Below, piece by piece: positions 35,232 through 43,580 of a DNA stretch of 64,000 nucleotides; position 1 is the stretch's first letter; each line of letters starts with the position of its first letter. The stretch covers positions 80,950 through 144,949 of the forward strand of contig JAJZAH010000002.1 of NCBI GenBank assembly GCA_021799535.1, read 5' to 3'. The DNA is from Nanobdellota archaeon (GTDB lineage: Archaea > Nanobdellota > Nanobdellia > Pacearchaeales > GW2011-AR1). The notes under the pieces are model-generated. The model ran no database searches. It had not been told where the DNA came from and saw nothing but the letters and a program-made list of their open reading frames with translations. A program made the position numbers and the translations under genes.

Positions 35232-36617
35232 ATGCAACCAGAGGTTAAGGTGAAAAAGCCTGTCCGCTCGAAGTCAGGCGTTACTCCGCTGACTGTAGTT
35301 CTAGCGCCGCGCAGATGTAATCATGGGACATGTATTTACTGCCCGGGCGGAGATTTTGTCCCTCAAAGCTATACTGACAAGAGCCCTGCGGTAATGAGGG
35401 CGCTCGCGCTAAATTTTGATGTGAGAAAACAGGTGTGCTCGCGCCTTGATGCTCTGATAAAGATGGGTCACCCGACTGAGAAGATAGAACTGATAATAAT
35501 AGGCGGGACTTTTTTGCAGTACCCTTCGGATTACCAGTATGATTACATAAAAGGGTGCTTTGATGTTCTTAATGGCGTTGAGTCTGCAACGCTTGAAGAA
35601 GCGCAAAGGATAAACGAGACGGCCGAGCATAGGATTGTTGCGATGTGTATAGAAAACCGTCCTGATAACTGCTCGGAGGACGAGATAAAGCGGATGAGGG
35701 AGTTCGGGGCCACAAGAGTGGAGATTGGGGTCCAGATATTGGATGATGATATTTACAAAAAGATTGCAAGAGGCCACAAAGTGAGAGATGTTATTGAAGC
35801 GTCCCAAAGATTGAAAGATGCCGGCTTTAAGATGGGCTACCATATAATGCCCGGGCTCCCATATTCTGACATAAAAAAAGATATAGAGAAGTTCAAGCTT
35901 GTTTTTGAAGATGAATCTTTCAGGCCTGACCAGCTCAAGATTTATCCCTGTCAGATTGTCGATGATTCCCCTCTTGCAAAAATATACAAAAGGATAAACT
36001 ATAGGATGTATACAGATGAAGAGATTAAAAAGGTCCTTTTTGAAATGATGGAACTAGTTCCGGATTATTGCAGGATAATGAGGGTTATGAGGGAAATCCC
36101 AAAAGAGAAAATGGTCGGTGCCGCAGGCTCGACATCGATAAGGAAAGAGGTCGAGGAAGAATTGAGAAGGAGACATGAGCACGTGAAGGAGATAAGGATG
36201 AGGGAGATAGGATTTAACTCCATAGGTCTCAAGACAGATACTATAATGAAGACGATAGAATACAATTCCTCAGGAGGCAAAGAATTCTTCCTTGAAGTTG
36301 TAAATTCAGATGATGTCCTATTCGGATTATTGAGACTTCGGTTTCCAAAAGAGACTTTCATAGATGAAATTAAAGATTGCGCTCTTGTCCGTGAACTTCA
36401 TGTTTATGGTCAGGCATTGAATCTTGGGGAAAAAGGAAAGGATTCACAACACACTGGCCTTGGAAAACTTCTCATGAGTGAGGCTGAAAAGATCGCCCGC
36501 GATGCAGGATACAAAAAAATTGCAGTAATCTCAGGGGTAGGTGTCCGCGAATATTACAGAAGATTGGGTTACGAAATTGAAGGAACTTATATGGTTAAAG
36601 AGCTAAATCAGGTTTAA
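35232..36617 (+). CDS. elp3: Elp3-type radical SAM/GNAT tRNA uridine(34) modification enzyme
   Basis: Radical SAM cluster CNHGTCIYCPGG; ELP3 core (RVEIGVQ..DD, GYHIMPGLP); C-terminal GNAT (QHTGLGKLLMSEAEKIA). Confidence 0.85.
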   Translation: MQPEVKVKKPVRSKSGVTPLTVVLAPRRCNHGTCIYCPGGDFVPQSYTDKSPAVMRALALNFDVRKQVCSRLDALIKMGHPTEKIELIIIGGTFLQYPSDYQYDYIKGCFDVLNGVESATLEEAQRINETAEHRIVAMCIENRPDNCSEDEIKRMREFGATRVEIGVQILDDDIYKKIARGHKVRDVIEASQRLKDAGFKMGYHIMPGLPYSDIKKDIEKFKLVFEDESFRPDQLKIYPCQIVDDSPLAKIYKRINYRMYTDEEIKKVLFEMMELVPDYCRIMRVMREIPKEKMVGAAGSTSIRKEVEEELRRRHEHVKEIRMREIGFNSIGLKTDTIMKTIEYNSSGGKEFFLEVVNSDDVLFGLLRLRFPKETFIDEIKDCALVRELHVYGQALNLGEKGKDSQHTGLGKLLMSEAEKIARDAGYKKIAVISGVGVREYYRRLGYEIEGTYMVKELNQV

Positions 36618-37363
36618 TTTATCAGATCATCAATAGATCTTACGCCTTTTGTCCTATTCAAAGGATTGATCAGGAGTTTTATCTTCCCTACCTCGAAAAG
36701 CTCCTCTTCAGATTTGTCAGGTCTTAGCTTGGCGAAATTCCTGTATATCTTTACTCTCTCCTTTGTAAGAATCCCAAAGTCAAAATGACCTCCGGTAAAT
36801 CGGTCATTTCTTGCAGCTTCAAGAATGTGTCCGAACTCTCTTCTTAATACTCCTTCGAAATTTCCGCTGGTCAAATCCTGAATAAAATTGTCCTGATCTT
36901 TGTTTAGATCAATGCATATGGAACCTGATCCGCAGGTCTCATGCCTTATTGTTCCGAATGTAATATACGGTATATTTGAAGAGTTCAATATCAAGTCGCC
37001 TTTGCCTGCAAAAAGGTACTGATTTCTTTCTATGGCCTTTCCATCCCGGATTTCCTCATAATGTACCATATGGTCTAAAAGTTCCAACTCTTCTCTGATA
37101 TCTGTTGCAGGTCTTTCCTTGGAAGCTATAAATTCGTCTGCTTTATTTCTTATAACCAAAGCTTGATTTTCAAAAAAGATTTCTTTCCCCGCGTATGCAA
37201 ATATCATTGACTTTTCCTTGTTGGAGAAAACTTTCTTTGCACTGTAAGACACATTTTTTATAAGGTTATTCTCGCCTGTTATCGAGCTCTGTGAATCGCT
37301 CGCGAATAAAACATATTTTTCCCCGTATCTGTTAAGGCCTGTGAGAGCGGTTATCGTTGTCAT
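36614..37363 (-). CDS. HslV/proteasome-beta-like Ntn hydrolase, paralog A (249 aa, no propeptide)
   Basis: MTTITALTG..YVLFASDSQ...SAKKVF...MIFAYAGK...CGSGS...RFTGGHFDFGILTKE. Thr directly after the initiator Met, and D, K, GSGS, xGG positions in proteasome/HslV order. Confidence 0.6.
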   Translation of the reverse strand: MTTITALTGLNRYGEKYVLFASDSQSSITGENNLIKNVSYSAKKVFSNKEKSMIFAYAGKEIFFENQALVIRNKADEFIASKERPATDIREELELLDHMVHYEEIRDGKAIERNQYLFAGKGDLILNSSNIPYITFGTIRHETCGSGSICIDLNKDQDNFIQDLTSGNFEGVLRREFGHILEAARNDRFTGGHFDFGILTKERVKIYRNFAKLRPDKSEEELFEVGKIKLLINPLNRTKGVRSIDDLIN

Positions 37364-37366
37364 TTT

Positions 37367-38116
37367 CTATATAAGAACTAAGTCATCAAGGTTTTCTACA
37401 TTTATCCCGTGCGAAGATAGTTTTTCTATAAGACAATATTTTCCAATTTCAAAAAGTTCGTCGGGCGTATGGCTGTTATACATAGGTGCGAACTCTTCGA
37501 AAATCATTGCACTTTCTCTTGTCAGAAGACCGAAGTTAAAGAATCCGCCCGTCGCTTCGTCAATTGCAGATGCTTGGGATATGAGGTCAAATGAGGCTTT
37601 CAATAAAGAGGTCATTTCTGAATAAATTTTTTCTTCATCAACTTCATCAAACATTTTCAATCTTGGGACTACTAAATTTCTCTCCCTCAACTTCTTTGCC
37701 CCGGTTCCGAGAGCGTACATGACCATGCTGTTATTCTTTTTCCCTTTAGAATACCAGTTTAATTTCAAATCTGTTTTGTTAGCGAAAGTATATCCATTAT
37801 TCCTGTTTCCCTGGTTTGTTATCTTATCGAGTTTTTTCAGCTCTTTTATGGTTTCTTGGGTTGAATTGTGCTCTTTTGAAAGAAATCTTTCGGCTGCCAT
37901 GATTATTTCAGGATGCTTCTCATCAACCGTCTCTTTTTGCAGTACCGCCCCTCCGGCGTATGCCAGCATCAAATTGCCATCGTTATTTGTAAAAATCTTT
38001 TTCGCATTATATCGGATGCTCCTGGATCCTAGATTCCATTCGGAATCACCCGCGAAGATTATATACTCTTTTTTCCTCAATGGGTCATAGCCTTTTATGC
38101 CCATTACAGTTGTCAT
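37367..38116 (-). CDS. HslV/proteasome-beta-like Ntn hydrolase, paralog B (249 aa)
   Basis: MTTVMGIKG..YIIFAGDSE...NAKKIF...LMLAYAGG...LGTGA...ATGGFFNFGLLTRE. ATG 38116 (the track start is TTG one codon upstream) sits 21 nt after TTCTTAAATA. Stop TAG-aaa-ATG leads into paralog A. Confidence 0.6.
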   Translation of the reverse strand: MTTVMGIKGYDPLRKKEYIIFAGDSEWNLGSRSIRYNAKKIFTNNDGNLMLAYAGGAVLQKETVDEKHPEIIMAAERFLSKEHNSTQETIKELKKLDKITNQGNRNNGYTFANKTDLKLNWYSKGKKNNSMVMYALGTGAKKLRERNLVVPRLKMFDEVDEEKIYSEMTSLLKASFDLISQASAIDEATGGFFNFGLLTRESAMIFEEFAPMYNSHTPDELFEIGKYCLIEKLSSHGINVENLDDLVLI

Positions 38117-38169
38117 CAAAATTTTCTGCTATCAGCCTATTTAAGAATTATTGTGCTTTGGAGGGAATA

Positions 38170-39036
38170 TTAAGTTTTAATCTTTCCAAGCTGCCAGTCT
38201 TTAAGGATTTCTCTTGATGTCTGATCTATATTGACAATTCCGCCTTTAGATAGTATTTTCTTCATGTGTCCAACTTTTTCTATAAGCTCATCGGAGTCCT
38301 CAACCTCGACATTATAATATTTTTTTACCTGTTCACTGTATTTCTTGAATATTTCATTTATGACAATTTCCGGCTCTCTCACCTGAGTGTAGCTTTTGCC
38401 TCCGAATATTGTGCTCTCTGATATCTTCCTTCTGTCAGTTGTTGAGTATTGGTCTTCGGGTATCACCCCTGGAGAATCTATGAGGACTATGTCTGAAGTG
38501 AGCTTTATCTTCTGGACATTCTTTGTAAAGCCTGCGATTGGTCCGACTCCAGCGGCCCCCCTCCTCGCAAGAAGGTTCAGAAGTGAGCTTTTTCCTGTGT
38601 TTGGATAGCCTATAGCGCCAACCTTTATTCTGTTATCGTTCCCGTTTATGATTTTGTCTTTTTTTATCTCTCTTTTTTCTGGGTTTTCTACCTTTTTAGC
38701 CACAATGCGTATAAGGTTTCTCAAATCTTTTATCCCGCTCTTGTTGGTGCATGAGATTAAGGCGTAGGGGTAAAGAGTCCCTTTTATTTCATTTATCTCT
38801 TTATCCTTAACAAGATCTGATTTATTTAGGACATATATTATTTTTTTCCCCTGCTTCTCTATTTCTTCTTCTAGCTTCCTGTTTCTTGTCTCTTCAGGAA
38901 ACCGGGCATCCATGACTTCAAGTATTATATCTGAGGTATCAACTATCCTTTTGGCCACTTCTGGGTATTTCACCCTTTGGCGTCTCATGTTTTCAATGTG
39001 GCCAGTCCTACGAGAGGAGAATATATACCTTTTCAT
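38170..39036 (-). CDS. circularly permuted ribosome-biogenesis GTPase (YlqF/RbgA/Nug-like)
   Basis: G4 NKSD precedes G1 GYPNTGKSS and G3 DSPG; N-terminal DIILEVMDARFP. Confidence 0.75.
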   Translation of the reverse strand: MKRYIFSSRRTGHIENMRRQRVKYPEVAKRIVDTSDIILEVMDARFPEETRNRKLEEEIEKQGKKIIYVLNKSDLVKDKEINEIKGTLYPYALISCTNKSGIKDLRNLIRIVAKKVENPEKREIKKDKIINGNDNRIKVGAIGYPNTGKSSLLNLLARRGAAGVGPIAGFTKNVQKIKLTSDIVLIDSPGVIPEDQYSTTDRRKISESTIFGGKSYTQVREPEIVINEIFKKYSEQVKKYYNVEVEDSDELIEKVGHMKKILSKGGIVNIDQTSREILKDWQLGKIKT

Positions 39037-39131
39037 CCACTCTGGACTGTTTTTAAATTTAATAGTTTTTGGGTTATTGTAGAATCAGGCTGCAAATGTT
39101 TATATACGGAGTCATTTCCTTTTCTATCAGA

Positions 39132-40271
39132 ATGGACAGAAAGCATTATATCTTTAGTTTGAAAGCGAAAAATTCCGGTGCTTTTGAGCATGGATGGAAC
39201 CTTGCGAAAAATCTGGCTCTCAAAGGGGTTGATGTAAGCTATTATAACCACTGGTGGGATTCTCCCATTTCTGAAGTGAATCTTGAGACTGGCGAAACGA
39301 GGCCATTGGACTGCTCGAAACTATCCGGGAAAGAGGGAGTATTTCATTTGCAGACCCACACGTGGCAGTATGATGGGTTGCTTGAGAGAATAATCACAAA
39401 CAAAAACCAGAAGTTGATATACAACCTCCATGCGATAATCCCTTATTTTTACATGGGAGAAAAGCAGAAAAAAGATTTTTTGGATGGGAAATTAGATTAT
39501 CAGCGTATAAAAGAAGGAATTGAGGGTAAGATGTCAGGCAGAGAAAAAGCCCAGCTTGAGCTTTTCAGTAAGGTTGATTATCTTTTTGCCATTTCCAAGA
39601 ATCATAAGAAAGTCCTGGATCTTATGGGAGTCAGGACTCCGACTTATGTTTTTGAGAATCTTTCCGACCTGAGTTCAGCGGATGAAGAGACTTTTTTAAA
39701 GGCATCGGCGCTTTCAGGCGCTTTCAGGGAGAAGATCGGGGCCGAGAATGTACTCCTTTACTGCGGCAGAGTCGAAAAATCCAAAGGATCTTTTGGTCTT
39801 TTTGATTCTTTCAGGAAAGTAAGATCCGAATTTCCTTCATCAAAGCTGATCCTTCTCGGGACTGGGGAAGACAGAGCCAAAAAGCTTCTTTCTTTGGGAC
39901 TTGGAGGGGATTTGATCGGAGACATTGAATTTGTCCCATGGGAGGATAAAAATACGGTTTTAGGTAAGATAAATTTTCTCAAGTATTACCTGTCTGCTGA
40001 TGTCCTTGTACAGCCTGTGATAACTGATGAGCTTTATTCAAAGACCGTGATTGATGCGATGAGTGTTGGAATACCTGCAATAACCTGTAAAAGTCCTTAT
40101 ACGATAGGAAGTTCCGCAAGCGCAGATGATATCTTCAAGTCTTTCGTTTTTATGAAGGAAAACCCATGTGAAGTGCACAGGATCACGAAGCTTGCCAAGG
40201 ATAAAGTCATGAAAGAGAATACATGGGACTCTTATATCTCGAGGCTGTCTGGGATACTTAGGGGAGATTAA
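39132..40271 (+). CDS. glycosyltransferase, GT4/GT-B family
   Basis: C-terminal half ..LLYCGRVEKSKG...LILLGTG...VQPVITDELYSKTVIDAMSVGIPAI. Start ATG 39132 chosen downstream of the TTTATATA box; the track start is upstream of the promoter. Confidence 0.7.
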   Translation: MDRKHYIFSLKAKNSGAFEHGWNLAKNLALKGVDVSYYNHWWDSPISEVNLETGETRPLDCSKLSGKEGVFHLQTHTWQYDGLLERIITNKNQKLIYNLHAIIPYFYMGEKQKKDFLDGKLDYQRIKEGIEGKMSGREKAQLELFSKVDYLFAISKNHKKVLDLMGVRTPTYVFENLSDLSSADEETFLKASALSGAFREKIGAENVLLYCGRVEKSKGSFGLFDSFRKVRSEFPSSKLILLGTGEDRAKKLLSLGLGGDLIGDIEFVPWEDKNTVLGKINFLKYYLSADVLVQPVITDELYSKTVIDAMSVGIPAITCKSPYTIGSSASADDIFKSFVFMKENPCEVHRITKLAKDKVMKENTWDSYISRLSGILRGD

Positions 40272-40322
40272 TTCGCAAAAAAGTTAAATTTTAATACTCT
40301 CAAATTTTCCACATTCATATGC

Positions 40323-40395
40323 AGCCCTGTAGTACAGCGGTCAAGTATTCAAGCCTCTGGAGCTTGTGACCCAGGTTCGAATCCTGGCAGGGCTA
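40323..40395 (+). tRNA. tRNA-Gln (anticodon CTG)
   Basis: Acceptor AGCCCTG/CAGGGCT (A1-U72), loop CTCTGGA, T arm CCAGG-TTCGAAT-CCTGG. Near-identical body to the tRNA-Gln(TTG) at 16829. Confidence 0.85.
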
Positions 40396-40445
40396 TCTCT
40401 TTTGTCTTTTTAAGAAGTTTTATATATTTACATGTTATTGGTTTT

Positions 40446-41027
40446 ATGGTTTGGGCTTTGTTGGGATATTATTCAATGGCAAAAGCGAAAAAATTAAAAA
40501 CGACCGGGACAAAGAAAAAAGAGGCAATGAAAACCCATGAGGTTTTTCTTGAAGTGAAAAAGCTATCTGATGATGCGTCTGTTCCGGAGTATATGCTCAA
40601 CACGGATTTGGGGTTGGATTTAAAAGCCAACGAGAGTCTTTCTTTTCTGCCCATGGAGCAAAAAGCCGTGAAGACAGGAGTTGTTGTGAAAATCCCCGAA
40701 GAGCATGTAGGACTGATAAGGGACAGAGCTGGAATAGTCAGTGGCATGAATATCCACACCGTCGCGGGCACTTTTGATCCGGCTTATAGGGGTGAAGTCT
40801 CGGTAGTTCTTGTGAATTTCAGTGATGATGAAGTTGAGATTGAAAAAGGAATGAGGATTGCGCAGATGATAATTCTACCTGTTACAAAAGTGAAAGTCAA
40901 GATCGTCGATTCCTTATCAGATACCGAAAGAGGTTCAAGAGGCTTCGGATCTACCGGAATGAAAGAAAAGCTGGATAATTTTAAGAAGCTGGATAAAGAC
41001 TTGAACAAGTTTAAAAGATCTCACTAA
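40446..41027 (+). CDS. dut: dUTP diphosphatase (trimeric dUTPase) with Lys-rich N-terminal extension
   Basis: GLDL, GLIRDRAG, GTFDPAYRGE, RIAQMI, RGSRGFGSTG. Alternative start at ATG 40476. Confidence 0.85.
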   Translation: MVWALLGYYSMAKAKKLKTTGTKKKEAMKTHEVFLEVKKLSDDASVPEYMLNTDLGLDLKANESLSFLPMEQKAVKTGVVVKIPEEHVGLIRDRAGIVSGMNIHTVAGTFDPAYRGEVSVVLVNFSDDEVEIEKGMRIAQMIILPVTKVKVKIVDSLSDTERGSRGFGSTGMKEKLDNFKKLDKDLNKFKRSH

Positions 41028-41107
41028 TATCCTGGTTACGAGATACGGATGATAATTTTGGACATATAGTTGGCAAGGTTTAAATATAAAAAAGGGTCTT
41101 TTTGGAA

Positions 41108-41686
41108 ATGGTTGGTGAAAAAATCTCCCAGAAAATACAAGAAACACTTATTCAGGTCGGGCTGAGGGTAGCTAAGAGAGGAGAGGGCGCCCTTTTCGTT
41201 GTCGGGAAGACTGAATATAAGCCTCTTGTTGACCAGACTGTACCGCCCTTTAACATCACCGAAAATCCGAAGCTTTTGGAATCTCTTGCATTGATGGATG
41301 GGGCAGTCATAATAAACTTAAATGGCCTTATGGAAGCTTATGGCGTCAGAATTAAATCCGAGAGGATTCTGAAAAACTTTGGTACCCGTCACAGTGCAGC
41401 TCTTAGTGCTGCCAAAGGAGATAACCTTGTTGTCGTTATTTCTGAAGAGGACAAGAAAATAAGGATTTTAAAAAAGGGCAAGATGGTCATGCAGCTTGAT
41501 GCTTTACAAAAAGGCGTTGAAAAAAATGTTCCCCGGGCAGTCAATGTGCTTGAATCTCTTGGTGCAGGGGCTGTTGGCGTCATTGGGACGAGCCTTCTTC
41601 TTCCGGCGGCAGGAGTCGCTTTTCTTCCCGGAATAATCGCTTTTGGATCGGCTTATTATCTTATAAGGCGTCTATTCAAGAAATAG
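41108..41686 (+). CDS. diadenylate cyclase (DAC/DisA_N domain) with C-terminal TM anchor
   Basis: GEGALFVVG, DGAVII, GTRHSAALS motifs; C-terminal LGAGAVGVIGTSLLLPAAGVAFLPGIIAFGSAYYLI. ATG 41108 lies 29 nt after TTTAAATA. Confidence 0.8.
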   Translation: MVGEKISQKIQETLIQVGLRVAKRGEGALFVVGKTEYKPLVDQTVPPFNITENPKLLESLALMDGAVIINLNGLMEAYGVRIKSERILKNFGTRHSAALSAAKGDNLVVVISEEDKKIRILKKGKMVMQLDALQKGVEKNVPRAVNVLESLGAGAVGVIGTSLLLPAAGVAFLPGIIAFGSAYYLIRRLFKK

Positions 41687-41688
41687 AG

Positions 41689-41835
41689 TCACAATTTCAC
41701 TTTCGCGTCTTTTACTCTTGAGTGCTGGTTAAGTTTGCCTTCCACTAAGCACTTGTAGCAGCAGTGATAAGTTCCATCTTTCTCCTTTACTCTTCCGGTT
41801 CCGTTGCATTCAGGGCACACATCATCGTTTCCCAT
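41689..41835 (-). CDS. small zinc-finger protein (48 aa)
   Basis: Own translation MGNDDVCPECNGTGRVKEKDGTYHCCYKCLVEGKLNQHSRVKDAKVKL* (DnaJ-like CxxCxGxG plus a second Cys pair). Below the ORF-track cutoff. Confidence 0.45.
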   Translation of the reverse strand: MGNDDVCPECNGTGRVKEKDGTYHCCYKCLVEGKLNQHSRVKDAKVKL

Positions 41836-41931
41836 ACCTAATTCATGTTTCACTTATATTTAAGCTGATTGCCTGAGAAAAATCTTGGAAAATTAATCTT
41901 TTGTTTGGTTCTTATATGTCTTTTTAGGAGT

Positions 41932-42229
41932 ATTGTACCTAATTGTATACCCCAAAAACGATGAATACAATCCAATTCCGCAAAGTATACAATCAATTAA
42001 GGTAGATATAAGGTAATGCCATATAACATTATTGTAAATTTTTTTGAAAACTATTTCTTTTTTATCCTATCTTTAATACAATCCCTTAATGAGCCAAATA
42101 TCGGGAATATTAAGAAGTATGAAATAAATATTACAGGGTTAAATATGGCTCCGAACAAGATACAATTATTATAATGGTAGTTGCAAGTTGGTGATTAAGG
42201 TTTTAGCAAGTATGCAATTTCCATTGTAA
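41932..42229. repeat. cluster of ATACAAT / ATTGTAT short repeats in an ORF-free spacer
   Basis: ATACAAT at 41965, 41987, 42076, 42160. Reverse ATTGTAT at 41942. Variants ATTGTAC at 41932 and ATTGTAA at 42031 and 42223. The 10-mer AATACAATCC occurs twice (41964, 42075). Confidence 0.5.
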
Positions 42230-42392
42230 TATTTTACCAGTTCTGGTGGGGAAGGTAATCTTATAAAATCGGTCCTTTGCATCTCTAGGCTTTGCACGAT
42301 AACTAATCACTTATTGTGCAGAGCCGATTGGAAACAATATATTTTTAAGCTTGGAGAACCTTGTATTATTTGTTACTAAAAGGAGGTTGAAA

Positions 42393-42563
42393 ATGGCTAA
42401 ATTAACTGCATGGCTTATCACTCTAGTTGGCGTACTTCTTGTTTTGGCTCTTGTTGCTCCGAATGTCTTTTCAGGTGTTTGGTTTAACTGGGTAATTGCT
42501 TTAGTAGTGCTGATTGTGGGTATAGGCAAACTCGTCAGGAACTATTCATATAAGAAGAAATAG
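42393..42563 (+). CDS. small membrane protein (56 aa, two TM)
   Basis: MAKLTAWLITLVGVLLVLALVAPNVFSGVWFNWVIALVVLIVGIGKLV, preceded by a strong Shine-Dalgarno AAAGGAGGTtgaaaATG. Confidence 0.5.
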   Translation: MAKLTAWLITLVGVLLVLALVAPNVFSGVWFNWVIALVVLIVGIGKLVRNYSYKKK

Positions 42564-42768
42564 GGTCTTTTCTTTTATTTTCTTCAGTTTTTTTAATAAA
42601 TCTTTTGTAAAATTTTCCGGTTCAGTTCTCATTTATTTAGCAATGTTATCCTTGTTTTTATAAGCTTAATGGGAATGGTTTTTCATGTGGGGCAACCCGA
42701 CACTTCCAATCTCCCAACACACAATTTTTTAAAGACTCAGAGAGTCTAATTTTTGTAAAAAATAAATT

Positions 42769-42952
42769 GCCCCGATAGTATAGAGGCCAAGTACGCTGCC
42801 CTCTCAAGGAGGTTTCGTGAGATAAGCCCGATCTTGGTGAAAGTGACGGCTCTGCTTTATGCAACTCGCTGGAACATGTGAACAAACTCGAAAAGCAAAT
42901 TTTTTCGCTTCAGAGAACGGCAGTAACCCGTGTTCGAATCACGGCCGGGGCG
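42769..42952 (+). tRNA. tRNA-Glu (anticodon CTC) with 111-nt intron at canonical 37/38 (intron 42807-42917)
   Basis: Manual fold: acceptor GCCCCGA/CCGGGGC (A7-C66 mismatch), anticodon stem CTGCC/GGCAG, T arm CCGTG-TTCGAAT-CACGG. hBHBh': central helix CTCT/AGAG, bulges CAA and AAC, inner helix GGAG/CTTC. Spliced loop CTCTCAC. Confidence 0.75.
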
Positions 42953-43007
42953 TTTTTCTTTTGGATTCAATAACAATTGTTAAAAAGAGTAATAGATTTT
43001 ATTTTAA

Positions 43008-43580
43008 ATGGGAAACGTCTCCGAAAAAGACAAACATTTTATTAGGGATAAAGCAGATTTTCAAAGGCTGTCGAAGAGAGTAAATCTGACTATAAAACAG
43101 ATAAATCATGTGGACAATGAACTGATGAATCTTGAATGGCAGAATGTTCTCGGAAGATTATCCAATAAGGACTTCTTAAAAAAGTACAATAAGAAGGAAA
43201 AAACGATCTTGAAAAGTGCATTATTCTTCGGGGGGAATTTGGATAGGTTCAGAGAATTGTACACTTATGCTTTAGATGACAAAGATTACGTAAAATCTGA
43301 GGTGATCCATGAAAAGAAGCATGCGAATTTTTTGAAGAAAAAAAGAATTCCTTTCAAATTTGGAATAAGGCTATATAGAGATTCCGGGCTGATGGTCCAA
43401 CCTCTTGTTTTTTATCCACAAAAATCTCTTCTTAATTTTTTTCCAAGGGAAAGGATAGTTTTCAATATTAGGCTCTCCCTCGCTCCTTTGGATCCGAGCA
43501 AGTCCGATAAAGAATCCGCAAAATTTTGGAAGGAAAAATTGAGAGAATATGATTCCATTAAAAAAGGGGATAATGATTAA
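43008..43580 (+). CDS. hypothetical protein (190 aa) with an HExxH motif
   Basis: ORF with a TATA-like box 29 nt upstream. VIHEKKHANF could be a metallopeptidase motif, which is weak evidence. Confidence 0.45.
   Translation: MGNVSEKDKHFIRDKADFQRLSKRVNLTIKQINHVDNELMNLEWQNVLGRLSNKDFLKKYNKKEKTILKSALFFGGNLDRFRELYTYALDDKDYVKSEVIHEKKHANFLKKKRIPFKFGIRLYRDSGLMVQPLVFYPQKSLLNFFPRERIVFNIRLSLAPLDPSKSDKESAKFWKEKLREYDSIKKGDND

Noticed and set aside
41836-42392. Calling the repeat-rich spacer a replication origin.
   Set aside because: There is no ORB/mini-ORB-like element (GTTCCAGTGGAAAC type) and no adjacent orc1/cdc6 gene, and skew cannot be computed here. It is kept only as one hypothesis within a finding.
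42807-42917. Declaring a box C/D sRNA inside the tRNA-Glu intron.
   Set aside because: Only GUGA cores are visible. I could not pair a canonical C box (RUGAUGA) with a D box (CUGA) at the termini, so it remains a suggestion to test and not a feature.
42658-43083. ORFs 42658..42885 (-) and 42859..43083 (+).
   Set aside because: They overlap the tRNA-Glu gene and its 111-nt intron. The second also runs across the promoter of gene 43008. Both are artefacts.
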